From: Paraspadella gotoi
Lineage: Eukaryota > Animalia > Chaetognatha
Length of the DNA: 64,000 nucleotides
Assembly (NCBI GenBank): GCA_051294375.1
Contig: CM119263.1
Location: 3,113,394 to 3,177,393 of the forward strand
Reading direction: 5' to 3'
Positions 50,280-63,897 of this stretch are shown piece after piece. The notes under the pieces are model-generated. The model searched no databases. It saw nothing but the letters and a program-made list of their open reading frames with translations, and was not told where the DNA came from. How positions within the stretch are numbered: position 1 is the first letter of the stretch; the number at the start of each line of letters is the position of its first letter. The translations under genes and the position numbers were made by a program.

Positions 50280-50480
50280 TTCGAATCTAAAAATAAACCG
50301 AAAACCAACAACATAGCAAAAAAAACCAATAACACAAAAAAAAATGATTTGATGCTTTCGCTTCAAACAAGTTCAACGAAGGAATGATAAAAGTTTTTGC
50401 TTTGGGCTAAGAGCGATGAGGTGCATGTAGCTCATCGCTACGACAGAAAACGTTTGTTTCCTCTGGAAAAATAAATTCTT

Positions 50481-53034
50481 TCACATAAATAATGTGCGGT
50501 GTAATTTGAGGGAAATTTCCCGAGCGTTGATGTCGTAGTGAGGCGGGAGTTTGGCCCCAATGCGTGACAAATAACGATTTCGAATGTGGAATTCGTTGGA
50601 GCGAAGAATCGTCGATCTTGGAATCGGCGTTGAATTTTCTGAAAACGTTAAAAATTTTAGCATAATTACACAAACATTTAATATAGTTTATTACATAATG
50701 ATAATCGTAAAGGGGTTTACCGATTCGCGATTGAGTCAAGGAATTGGCTTTTTCTTCCTCAATCAATCTTCGTTCTTTTGTGCTATAATTCAATCCGCTG
50801 TCTCGAACGATGTCGAGCAAGTACAAAATCGTACAAGATATTAAAGCCAAGCAAAGGCACACAATAAAGAATATTTCAAGAATAAGATAGCCTAAAAATA
50901 AAAACGAAATTGACGCTATCGTGCCAGAAACATTTTTGAAATTCACGGCTCAGCATTACCTTTACTGTCGACTATTATTCCCACAGCCAACGATATGACA
51001 CCGAGACCGAGATTTTGGATGCTCTGCATCAACCCATAAGCCGTCCCCAATTGATGTTCTGGAACGATTATGCTGACCATTGGCCACAAAGAAGAAGCCA
51101 AGACAGAATACGCAACACCCATTAAGGCCATCGGAACATATGGATAGATAAATCTGCAGGAAACATTAGAAAATTATCAGATTAGATGTTTCTTTCCACA
51201 ATATTAAGCAATTTGTGAATTTTCAATTTTTCATATTTTAAATACTAACGTGAAGGCAAGCAATCCATGACAGAATAAGGTGGTAACAGTACCAAGCATC
51301 ACCCAAAATAAGTTCTTTCCAGTTTTATCGATGCAGAAACCAAAAAGTGGAGATGCAGCAGCCGAAATTATGTAAACCAGTCCATTTACGGCGTTTGCTG
51401 ATGCTATTAAAACAAATTAATTTTATTTTTAAAATAAAATAAAAATTAGAAAATATAAAAAAAACCAAAAAAATATAACAATAACGAAATATACAAATCT
51501 TTTTGTTAGACTTACTAGGGGTAAGGTCAAACTTTTGTTCAAAAAATACTAATCCAATACCAATAAAGGGAAACACGGCGGCATAATAAAAGACGCAAAT
51601 GGCACAAATTAACCATAGACTAAATGTAAAAATAGAATTCGAATCATTATTACTAAATGGGTGGTTGTCAAATAACTTATTATACCTGGCTGGAAAATCT
51701 TTCACGTCCCAGAGTGAAATTTTCTCTCCAGTTATAAGCGAATCAGTTTTCAATGCTTTTTGTTTTCTCTTATCGAGGTATCCCACATAGAAAGCGCAGA
51801 GTAAGGAAACGATGCATGAAGTGCCGGCCAGAAACAATACCGTCCCCATTAACTGTTTAGAAATGAATTTAGTTAGATACGTAATCCAATAAGATACTAA
51901 TAGCACCAGAATTTAAAATACACTAAGCGACATGATAAGTAAAGGTCGGCTTACTTGTGAGGGTGGCCCATTGAAATTTTTTTTGACTGATTCATATATC
52001 GGCCCCATGACATTCATGTTCACTGTCGAACCTAAAAGTGAGACATAAGTGTCGATGACGAAATCACTCAATCACGCAATTGAGATATATCTAAAATGAT
52101 AAAAACTCAAATAGTCGTAAAAACAATCAATAATCATTGAAATCTTTTATGATCTTATTTTCCAAAAATTTAAAAATTGTCCACCCCTCATTTTGACTCT
52201 TTTTTACCTATTCGTGACATACTCAGTTGCAATCCAAATACCATATTGAGTTCTTTTCCTTTAAACCATCCAACCGCGTAGGTGTTTTGCGCGACGCAAA
52301 GCGATTCTCCTCCCATTCCAAACACGAAACGACCAACGTCCATCAAAGTGAAATTGTTTATATAAGCACCGGTCGCGAATATTAGCTAAATAAAATTGAG
52401 GGTTTGAAGAATTAGGTAAGTTAACCGTTGAACAAACAAATAGCAAATCTTTTGATCTTTAACTTAGTGCTCTTTAACTTACCTGGCCAAAGAAAACTAA
52501 CGATGCAAATACAATGGCGCCTAATCTAATTCCAAATACCCGGTCGATCAAAAATCCACCAAAAAGTGATAAAATGACATTTGGCCATGAGTACCACGAA
52601 TAGAAAGACATGTACTGTGTTCCAGTCAAAACTAAATCTTGTCGCATATGATCCTAAATTAAACTATGATAATAACATTTCACAAAGAACGTCTTTACTC
52701 TGTAGAAGTTACTTGTAGGGCAGCTGGATTATCATAGCAGAAGTACGACCCAAAGGAAAGAAAGCACATGAAGGTCAAGGCATAGTAGCGATGCCATGAG
52801 GTCCTCGGATCGCAGATGGCGCAGCTAGAATGTAAGCACAGTAGTAATAAATTAGTTGGAGTTTGGGTAAGTGGTATTCAACATGGTAGATGATGTTCCG
52901 ACTTTAAAAATATGTCCGAATCTAAAAAAATATAATTTTCTTAGTACTCACCTGTACGAATTGGAGCGGTCATCGGTCGACTCGCCATCCGCTTCATTTG
53001 ATACAATGGACTTGTCTTCATCCACGCCCGCCAT
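50481..53034 (-). CDS. MFSD1: Lysosomal MFS transporter MFSD1
   Basis: Multi-exon gene with short introns. Motifs CDPR..HRYYALTFMCFLSFGSYFCYDNPAALQ, GRFVFGMGGESLCVAQNTYAVGWFKGKELNMVFGLQLS, ASSLWPMVSIIVPEHQLGTAYGLMQSIQNLGL; last exon IRNRYLSRIGAKLP..FM*. Confidence 0.95.
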
Positions 53035-53838
53035 AATGCTTCGTAACCCGAAAACTAAAGTTAAGAAAGCTAGTCTATGTATTGTCCAAATGTTATATCT
53101 TGTGTTATATGTTGTCCTCAAGGCTGACGCAAGGCTTACCTTTCCGACATGTGAGTGAATCAACTAACGGAGAAAAATTCTGGAGACTGAAAACGACTGT
53201 GAAACTCGAGGTTCAATCAAAGTCCAGCGATAACAAGGGTACAAAGATAAATCCCAAGGATAATTACATTTTGCTTAAAGAAGCAACACTAGATTTTCGT
53301 ATTACCCTAGCAACGGAAACTAAGACATCATACGCTATGTCGTAAAGAGGCGTTTGTTTCGGTGTTTGTTTTCCTGACGAATATTCAGGATGTTTACTTG
53401 ACAATAATGGCGCTTACTCAAAATCATTTGCCTTTTATTTTTATCTTGTTTGACGGATTGCTGTCGACATCTCTCGTCGAGAGAGATGAGTTGGGGGAAA
53501 ATAAATGAACATTTTTATGAAATTGGAATATAAGCTTTTTTTATTATTTCATACTTTCAATTCAAATTAAAACACCATCTAATTCTAAATATTTAAAACA
53601 ATCCTATTTGTCCTCTTATAATTTTTTTTCTATATATTTTGATTAAATCGCGTGCTATTGCAATGGCATATATCACTTCATAGTTTATTGCAATAAGCGT
53701 GTAGTGACGTAATATTATTAATATTATCATTAGCTGAAGTTCGAAGCTCGCACTTTTTGTGTTGGAGATCACATTTTCGGACGTTGCCGATGTTGTTTTA
53801 TGTTTGTTTATTTTTTTGTTTTTTTTTCATCAAGATTG

Positions 53839-53892
53839 TAAGCAGATGGCGCTAAGAATTATGGTAGCACTGAACACAGCGCCCTCTCGGGG
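53839..53892. promoter_or_regulatory. Pair of oppositely oriented CTCF-like motifs
   Basis: AGCAGATGGCGCT (53841-53853, +) and CCCCGAGAGGGCGCT (53892-53878, -) resemble the CTCF core CCASYAGRKGGCRC; matched by eye only. Confidence 0.5.
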
Positions 53893-55472
53893 ATGTGGGA
53901 TTGTGGATGTATGAAAAACGAACTTAAGCGTTGAAGAGTTTCTTTTCAAGGACGAAGCAGATCCTTAGGCCCGAGTACATAATTATAGAGCAGTCGTTAA
54001 ACCATATGGAGGAAGGAACGCAATGGCTTTTTTTCTCTCTCTCTCTCTCTCTCTCTTTCTCCCTTTTTCTCTTTCACTCTCTCTTCTCACTCTTTTTTTT
54101 TGTTGTCAAGTGGTTTTCCCTTTCGCAACTTCCCGCTAGCTTTAACCACAGAATTTTCGAGTCTCTCTTTTCAGAACGTCATTAAGTCCTCACATAATTT
54201 TTAGAAGATTTTTCCATTCTCATGAGGTTCAACAGCGGGGTGCCGCCATCCCCCAGCTACCCCCGTCGCGGAAGCGCTAATTTCACTCTCAACTTTTGTA
54301 TTTGGCCGATGAGGATCGAAGATGATGATGATGATGATGATCGAGGATCGAGTGGCGGCGATTAAGTCCTTCATCCTTTTTCGCCTCTCCGCTCCGGCGC
54401 GACGGTTCCTTTCTATTTCTTCGTTCTTCTTCCTCAGTTAATTCTTCTTTGCCTTCGGCAGCGATTTCTCTCGTTCTCTCCCTCTGGCACACACAAAAGA
54501 AATAAAACAAATGAAACTATTTGAAAAAGGCTAAATCATTGTTAATAAATAAGTTTCGAGTGGTATACATTCAGACTAATTACTTTAAAAAATGTCTGTA
54601 AGATTATTAAATTATTAAATCCGTCTAATAATTCTGTTAAATGTTCGTGCGTCTCATCAATTTAACAGTTTTTACCGTAATTGGTCATTAATTTCCCCCC
54701 CCCCGTTCCATTTATTGAGTCCGAAATAAAGACGAGAGGTCAAAGTGCTATTGACAAAAAAATTGTCAATAGAAACCGACTTAGAAACTCGTTGCCTCTA
54801 ATCTCGATTCATCGTCTTTTCGAATCGAGAATTGAAAATTAGGATTATACTTAGAGGTCACGACTTATTTTTAATATTGTCTTCAGACATTTCTTTCTCT
54901 GGGATAGCCTTTTAGATTTTCTGAGGTTTTTATTTCTTACAGGAATGATGTATATTATCTAATATCTATTTACAAAACTAGGGCAGAAAGTAATATAACC
55001 TTTTGTTGTATAGATGCTTCCTCTATTTCCAGAAGGTTGAGATAATTTTTAAAAAAGTTAATAAAAACTAGAAATAAAAAAGTATATATATATAAATAAA
55101 TTTATAATTGATAACATAATATATATTAAATATTTTAAAATCTAAAACTTAAATAGTTAAACAAGCAATTTTGGAATCTCTATAAAGTAAAATCAACACA
55201 ACTGACCACGACTGGACTTTGGACAGTGGAGTGAAGACTGAGAAGTTTCCTTGACCCCCGCGTCTCTCGGGGAGACGAGGACTCGTCGGTCCGGAGCCGG
55301 AAGAACTGAACGGACAAGAATCGGCGCCGAAAAGTGACCGAGAGGAGACGGCGAGTTTGACCGCCGCCGCCGCCGGGGAGATTTCCTCGTTAGAAAAAGA
55401 TGGAAAGAACCAGAGGGAGACGGAAGTTCCTTCTCGGACCGACATCCGCCGCCGACTTCCTGGTCCGTGAGA

Positions 55473-55594
<122 letters not shown>

Positions 55595-56136
55595 TTTTGT
55601 TTTTCGATTTCACACGACAGAGAGCGAGACGAAGGAGCGAGAGAAAGAGAGACACGGTCGACGTGGCGACGGAGTGCCTCGAGATGAGATGCTCTTCTGG
55701 CGACACTGTCTTACCCAGGTGCCCTCCTCCAAGTCAAGAATCTCTCTAAAGATGTTGTCTCTTCAGACGATGAGGAGGCTTAACAGATGGAAAACAAACT
55801 CGAGGACTCCGAAGATTAAAGCGGGAGAGTTTTTTTCTTCTTTGGATGAGGACTCGACGATAATCGAAATAACTCTTCTCTCATGTTTCGTTTTCGCTGC
55901 TGAAAAAAAAAACATCGGGAAATAAATCAATGGAATAGATCAACACTGACATCCCTCTCCCTATCAACGAAGGAAGTAGGCGTGGTTTGGTTCACAATCT
56001 TCTTTAAGTGACGAAGTCCAGAAAGGAGAAGGTAGAGAGGGTTTCAGTTGATTTAATAAATAATAAATATCAATATGATATAGTTATACATACATAGTTA
56101 CATGTGATAATCCTTTCTTTTCGTTGTTATTTAATA

Positions 56137-56290
56137 TTTAGAGAAAACAAAGTGTTTTTGTATTTATTACAACGATTTATTTTAATAGACGGACATGTTA
56201 GATGAAGACTCGAACCCAAAGAGTCGAAACATGTCCGTCTATTAAAATAAATCGTTGTAATAAATACAAAAACACTTTGTTTTCTCTAAA
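56137..56290 (+). mobile_element. Penelope-like insertion remnant: perfect 63-bp inverted repeat around a 5'-truncated hammerhead
   Basis: Arms 56137-56199 and 56228-56290. The centre and right arm read (ta)GATGA-a-gactc-gaacccaaa-gagtc-GAAACATGTC-cgtct, followed by aataaatcgttg. Confidence 0.8.
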
Positions 56291-57429
56291 GTTATAGATC
56301 CTTAAACTTATTAAGATTTTTGACCCAAATAATGCTGTTACATTGCGAATTTATGAATAAAAACTGCACCTCATTCCGATTTAACGATTATTAATATTAT
56401 GAACCACAATAAGTTTGTAAAATGCAACAAATTGCATCAAGTACAAAGAAACAAACTTTTCGTCCCCAAGAAAAAAAAAACATAAGACAACCAATTCACA
56501 CCAACGTTTGCCTTCCACTCATTCGAAATATATTCATAGGGATTCCGCTACGTGTATTTGTGTGATCAACGCGTCGCGCCAACGATCCGCCAACACTTTG
56601 CCAAGAGTCCCGTGAGCGGCGGTGGGCGTCTCGCTCGACGACCGAATTCAACTCGGAATTCATTGGCTTCTTCTCTCTTTGACTCCCGAGCGACGGGCCA
56701 AGTCTTTTCATCGCGATTCCATGACAACTTGTCCGTTCACACCCATATGTCTTTAGTTCCCCTTTTTTTATTTGATTTATTAGATTAACGTTGGGAATAT
56801 ATAATAAATTTCGGTTGGGTTAAATTAAGGTTTTCTGAAGTTTAAAATAATCTGATTATACTACATCTAAGTACCTATAAGTTAACTAACTTTAAATTAC
56901 GTTTTGTTATTATTAGCATTAAATATAGACGATACTACTTTCTGAAAGTTTTTGGTTATTTTAACGCGACCGTCCAAATTCTTTTTGTTGAATGGACCAA
57001 AGATCGAGAGATGATGAATTTAAAACTGTTTTTGTTTACGATTTAAATTCCGGTTCTTTTTTTTTTTTCAAAAACCTCATTAGTATTCATGCGCCGACTT
57101 TGCGTCCCCCATAGAACCGGACTACCATTTGGCGAAAAAAAAAAGAAATTTTTTTAAAAAAAGTCACGGAAGAGTTTACACTCTTTTTAGGTTTTTGATT
57201 TATGAATTGAGATTAATTTGTAGTTTAAAATTACATTGCATAAATGAGATGATGCTAAGAATAACTAAAGTTTAGAATATATTTTCAAAAACATTTCGTT
57301 TTTTTCCTGAAGTCATCGAAAAAATTTAAGAGGATTTGAACGGAGCCTGATGAGGCTAAACCACGAAGTAATAGGAGACGCGAAAAAGAGGCGACACAAA
57401 GGGATTAAAAAATCCCAATTTTCCACCAC

Positions 57430-57495
<66 letters not shown>

Positions 57496-58645
57496 CCGTT
57501 GCCCTTCGCAATGTCGTCACCGACTTCGCCACCTTTGCCAAGAAACACTCGCATTGATAACACCCCTGTCTCTCCTCTTCTCTCCCCTCTCTCACTCTTT
57601 TCAACCCTTCTCCTCGTAAAAAGTTCCAGATCCAGGTTTTAAAAATCGTTTTTTGTTTGAAGATCGAATTAAGATTTCGATGAAAATTCCGATAGTCCAC
57701 CCCCCCCTTCCTCTCCCCTTTCCTCTCCCCCCCCCCTCTGTTTTATTAATCAAGATTCATGAAAATCTCGCCGTTTAATTCATAAGCGCCCCTTTATGAA
57801 TAAATAAAATAAGAAGTTGACGACTCAATTCCAATCAAAAAGTTTAATGTTTGTATTAAGGATAAATCCACCCCGATCCGGAGGGTTGTTATTTGGTCCC
57901 CGACTTGAGATTTAAATTTAGACTCTTCCGATTTTCTTTGTGGGGGGAATAAATATTATTAAAATCCATATTTGTTATTCAGTGGGGAATATTTTGTGGT
58001 CGTTCCCATGAACCCTTCCCTTATCCATTTTACCTAATAAGGAGAAAAAGAGAAGGCGGTGTTCGGTAGTCGACCTTATAACGTTCGGACTGCAGAGTCC
58101 GTACGTACTTATCCTCCATCCATCCGTCCGGACGTTTCATTTCCTCCCCAAACTTCTGTTGGATCGATTTTTCGATCTTTGGATTTCTCACTCTCTCGGA
58201 CCGACGATCGCGAAAGGGCCCGATAATTGTGAAGGGGAATTTGTCGCTAGGTGGACCTCAATATGGTCAACCAGCGGAGTCCCTGTCAGGGGTCGGGGTC
58301 ATAATGTAATCAAAAAGCTGAGCCAGTGTGTCCCTTCGCGGGTGGTCCACCGAGGGGGGGAAGCTTGATTGATTTTGGAACACGGATATAATTCGGGCAA
58401 CTGGGTAAGTTGATATCAATAGTCCGAGAGTATAATCATTATAATAAAGATAAAATTTATATGTTTTAGTTCTTCATTATACTAATATGATTATTCATTG
58501 ATATATCGAAAGTTAGTTGTTTATATTGTTATAATTATTGGATTTATTACCTGGATTAATTTCACCAAAACAGGATTCAGCAAATTTGAGAACAAATGAT
58601 TTCCCAACCAGAACTCGATGGAAAGTGGCCAATCCGGACATGACC

Positions 58646-58682
<37 letters not shown>

Positions 58683-61589
58683 NNNNNNNNNNNNNNNNNN
58701 NNNNNNNNNNNNNNNNNNNNNNNNNNNNNNNNNNNNNNNNNNNNNNNNNNNNNNNNNNNNNNNNNNNNNNNNNNNNNNNNNNNNNNNNNNNNNNNNNNNN
58801 NNNNNNNNNNNNNNNNNNNNNNNNNNNNNNNNNNNNNNNNNNNNNNNNNNNNNNNNNNNNNNNNNNNNNNNNNNNNNNNNNNNNNNNNNNNNNNNNNNNN
58901 NNNNNNNNNNNNNNNNNNNNNNNNNNNNNNNNNNNNNNNNNNNNNNNNNNNNNNNNNNNNNNNNNNNNNNNNNNNNNNNNNNNNNNNNNNNNNNNNNNNN
59001 NNNNNNNNNNNNNNNNNNNNNNNNNNNNNNNNNNNNNNNNNNNNNNNNNNNNNNNNNNNNNNNNNNNNNNNNNNNNNNNNNNNNNNNNNNNNGAGGAAAG
59101 GAGTTGAGGTGTCATTCGCGTCAGAAACTTTCATATAATAATTTATTCATTAATTTATTTAATACTAAGTATTCGTTTATCGATGGTAGAAATGAGAGTT
59201 CCTTTCTATAAGACGGAATCAGTTGAAAAATACTTTAATTAATACATTAAAGTATGTCTTAGTCTTTGATTAAAAGCACTAAGGTTCTTGCTAGGTGTAA
59301 AATTGGTAAAATAGAATTCGTGCTATAATTACATAAGATATCTTGTCCGATGACTTTAAACAGGCTACGGTGGATTCATTCACTCTTACAAAATAATCAC
59401 ATAACAGAACCCTGCAAGTTTTCACCAAGACTCTCTCACAGTTTCTCTTATTTACTCCCTTAGTACTTTGCTTCTCTCTCAATAAAATGGTATAATTTAT
59501 TTTAACTTGTTTCAGTTGGAGAGAGTAAGAGTAAGAGAGTAAAAGAGACAGCCAAAGCCATCGCCATAGCAATTAGTAATTCAGGAGGGAAGATATCGTA
59601 ATTGCTGAATGAAGAAATATTTTTTATATTGGCTAATGGTAAGTTTATTTAGGTTAAGCTTCCGTTTGAATTTATCCACAAAATTTTATCTTTTAAAAAA
59701 TAATTTAATTCTTAACTTTATCGCCCTTGTTTAAATTTTTTTTTTTATGTAATCAACAAAGTCTGCGCCCAACATAAGAACAATAACACGAACAACAACA
59801 ACGACAAGATTAAATCTAAATCAACGATCCTTGACTAAGATTACGATCGAAGGATTTTTTAGATTTTCCACTTCGATCCCGTCAAAGATTTCTGATCCAA
59901 TTTCTGACAACATTTTTTCGCCAAATTTCCGAATTTCTCGCTCGTCCTACTCCGCGTCTCTCCCTCCCCTTATTTCTTATTAAAAATTCCGATATTATCG
60001 AATTTAAGCTTCACATTATTCGTCAGGATTTTATGCATACATTAAATTCCCCACGCCCTGTCGCCCCTCGGAAAAAAAAAGTCTCATCCTTTCGGTAAAT
60101 TTTTCGAGGTCCTTTGTTCTTTTGTCTTTCCCCTTCTCATCGCAGCATAAAATCAAAACTAATGAATGGGGGGAATCGGGAGCGCGTGAAACGAGAGNNN
60201 NNNNNNNNNNNNNNNNNNNNNNGAGTGATGATCTAGAGAAGTTTGAGATAGAAGAAGATTCAGGAGAAGATTTTATAGGGAGTTTTATGTGAAGATTTAT
60301 ATAGCGGACGGGCGAGAGATTTAACATGGATTTAAGATAAAAAAGAACTTGAGATTTAAAGGAAGCGGAAGACGCGAGATAAGAAGAGTTGTTGTTCGTT
60401 TAGTTCTGTCCCGACAATTAAGGCGACGTTGAAATCGTGCTGATAGTTAATTTTTTAAATATTATATATCATTTTATTTAGTTTTTTTAATAAGTTATTT
60501 TATGAAAACCAATTAGAAAATGGCCGTCGAAGCGATGATTTCATTAAAAAAAGCGTCCAACTTTTTCTCTCACGCACTTCGAAGTTTTGTGACAGCGGCG
60601 CGCGTCGTCCGACCCGTAGACGCTTTTTTATACGACGCTCGCGCGCGACAAGCGAAATCCGCCGCCGTTTTCGTCGACTATCGTCACGCCCGTAACCGTT
60701 GTCGGTCGTCGTCGTCCCGTTCGTCGTCGTCGTCGTCGTCGCGGACCCCTGAGGACGGGGGAATCAAAGCAGCGAGATTCCTGCTTCCTTCGTCGTGCTC
60801 TTCCTCCTCCCATTGAAAAGCATTGAGGCTGCGCGGGTTCCCCGTGCGAAAAGAGTTTATGTCCCAACTTGTATGGGGCGGCATTGCACGGCCATTCAAG
60901 TTTCCATTGCCATTTGTAACATGTCTTTTGCGCATTTGCTTTTTAGATATTGCTATTACCATTGCCATTTAGATTTTAATTTTCAGCTGTCTACAGAGTT
61001 TTCTATTTCCGATTTGTAAACATAAATTGCGGATTTATAGCTTTTAAATCAATATTTCCATCCACTTGCTTAGGTTACTTTTTCAATGCCAATTCAACAT
61101 CGTTCATTCATAAGGTCATTGCCGGTAAAACGCCTAAACTTTAATTTAATTTTAATTATTCAATTTCAATTATATTCTTATCTGAAAAAGTTTCGTACCG
61201 TTTATGGTTAATTGTTTATTGCCACATTTTCATCTTGAAAGTGCACAAATAAAAGCATTCAAGCCCTGCTTCGGAAAAACCTTTTTTTTCAATAAATAGG
61301 GGTCAAAACCCATAAAAATTATATTTATGAATGGTAACATGAAATTTAACTACATTAAAAAAATAATATGTAATATTAACACATAAATTTTCTCACACCC
61401 AGTTTGGTACAAAGAGGACTGAGAGAACCGTCTCAGATTTTTACATACCTGATATTAAGAATTAACAACAAAGAGAGACGCGAGAGAAAAAAAATCATCC
61501 TGGAATTTGAAGACAACTAAATTAGTTTCCTTCATGAGAGAGATGGAGAGAAGAGGGAGAAGAGATAGAGAAGAGAGAGAACGAGAGAG

Positions 61590-61626
<37 letters not shown>

Positions 61627-61777
61627 GACATCCAGCGAAGATTCCCTCTTAAATTCAGGCGCGAAACACTTAACTCTTTTGTTCTTCCTATCATCTCTCT
61701 TTGTTCAACTCCAGTAATCTCTCTGCTCCAGTGAATCTTCAAAGCCTCAACTCCTACAAATCTCCCCCATTTTCAAA

Positions 61778-63049
61778 ATGTCTCGCTCATTCTACGTCGA
61801 CTCTTTGATCCTGAAACCGACGTTGACGCCGCAGACGTCAACTTCCGGCGCCGGTCTCAGCCACGCCCCCGTGGATGGGCGTGCCCTGGCGCTTCCTCCC
61901 GGGATCAACCTGTTTCCCGGCGCCGGAGGATTTCTTCCTCGACCTTCGCCGGATTCTTTCCGGCATTTGCCGCATCTCGGCTTGGACAGGTGAGAGACGA
62001 AAGCAGGCGGATTTGTTTTATCGTTTCAATTTTTTGTTTATGCGTACTCAGTAAGCCAGTCTGTTTTTTATTGTCTGTCGGTCATTTACTAATTGATTTG
62101 TGACAAGTTGTGAGATAATACAAAACTACAGTTGAAAAATATAGGTTAAAATAGTCAAATCACTATGTTCTCACACCCAACTTTCTCCTTTCCCACATCC
62201 TCCACAGTCCTCCCTCCGATTCCCGCCACTCCCCGCCCACATCCCGTCTTCCACCCCACATCCCTCATCCCCACACCCCTTCTTACCACCCACTGACGGG
62301 CATCCCTATGTGCTGCTCCTTCTGCCCGATCCTGCCGGGCTTCCCCGGCGCCCACGCCGCCGCGCCCGGCGCCTTCTCCGATCCGGCGCTGGAGGCGTTC
62401 CGCAACGCCTGCGCCGCCGCGGCCGTCGCGGCGGCGGCGTCGGCCAAGTCTTTGGCTGCGTCGGCGCCGGCTAATTTCGTGGCGGCGTCGTCCAAGTTGG
62501 CGTCGAAGTCTCAAGGTCTGCTGCAGACGGCGCCACGGTGTTTCGGGTCTCCGCCATCTTCGGTCTCTCCAAATTCCTCCCTCAAGGGATCGCCTCCGTC
62601 GCCGGCGCCGCCACCGCCCACCCTGCCGACCCTGCCGCCTCTTCCGGCGCCGCCAGCGATTCTCCCGGCCAATTCCGGTACTGATCTCTCCTGCGGCGCC
62701 GGGAAATCTTCACGCGGCGCGGACGTGAAACCTCTGACGACGCCATCCATCTCTTCCTCTCCACCACCGCCGCCGCCGCCGCCACCCGCCGCCCATTCCC
62801 CGCCCACTCTGTCTCGCTCGTCCCCGCTGCCCGCTCCTTACCGTAACCCTTACCTTCAATCCGCTGGGATGCTGCCTTCCCTCGTCCCTCCGCCAGCGCA
62901 TCACTCCTCCGCCCCTTACCCTATTCACTTTCCTCACCCGGCCCACGGCGCCGGCGGTGCCAAGTCACCCGCGTCATCGGGCTCTCCCGGCGCCAGGCTG
63001 CCGGGCGTCGTCCGTCCGGCGCCGAGGCCGCCCGTTTCGCCCATCGATG
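61778..63049 (+). CDS. Gsx: Gsx/Gsh/ind-like ParaHox transcription factor, exons 1-2 (homeobox expected beyond the window)
   Basis: The N-terminal SNAG-like peptide MSRSFYVDSLI is typical of Gsx. Exon 1 (61778-61989) splices in phase to exon 2 (62208-63049), which has a Cys motif MCCSFCP (cf. GSX CxCPLC) and Ala/Pro-rich linkers. The homeodomain itself is not seen. Confidence 0.8.
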
Positions 63050-63822
63050 GTGAGTGCACATCTTTTTTTTCCATTTTTTTGTTATTTCTTCTTTTAATAG
63101 TTTATAATATAATGTAATATAATATTTTAGTACAATTGTATTTTCGTATTACTGAACGTTATGTACTAAGCAATATCTGATATGAAATTGGTACAACCAA
63201 TATAAAATTATCTATTCATTCAATAAATAAGATATCTTTCCCATGAGTTTGGACAGGCTATGGAGTTTTAAGGCCTCCATCACTCTTACAAGATAATAGT
63301 TATAGTTCATAGTCTTTTAAAATAATTTTTATTCTCCGGATCGTATAAACATAGAAAATTTATATGTCGAAATCCATTATCAGCGAAGAAAGAATATGAG
63401 AAAGTAATTTGCAATTCAAAATGGCCTTTAAGTCTTCTTTTTAATTCATTCTTAATTGATAGTTTCCTTCTTAGAATTTTTCTTTTCTTTTTTCTTTTCC
63501 TAATCGACTAATTTCATTATGTTTCTTTCTTTCTCTTCTTTTTTATATTTTTTAATCGTTTTTATTCTCGTTCTTTTGTTTGCTTATAAGTTATAATATG
63601 CTATTTTTGTATTTTTCTTTTCTTTTTTTAGCTTTTTATAAAAGATACTTAAAATTTTCTACCTCAAACAATGAATTTTTTCTGAAATATTTTCGAGATA
63701 TAGTCGTTTTACTTACTTCGATGGCAGATCGAATATAATATATTTAACGCTTTATCACTCTCTCACAACCCTTTCATCCCCTCTCTCTCTCTTCTTTTTC
63801 TTCTCTCCCTCATTCACCTCTT

Positions 63823-63897
<75 letters not shown>

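Noticed and set aside
50280-50366. ORF-track N-terminal extension of the 606-aa ORF (signal-peptide-like)
   Set aside because: Non-ATG start reading through the U-rich acceptor tract; the real start is more likely the ATG at 50279.
57347-57380. CTGATGAGG...CGAA hammerhead-like motif
   Set aside because: No GAAA and the flanks cannot form stem I.
58251-58350. GC-rich segment bounded by gtggacc/ggtccac
   Set aside because: Only a short inverted match; could not be fitted to a tRNA, HDV-like ribozyme or MITE with target-site duplication.
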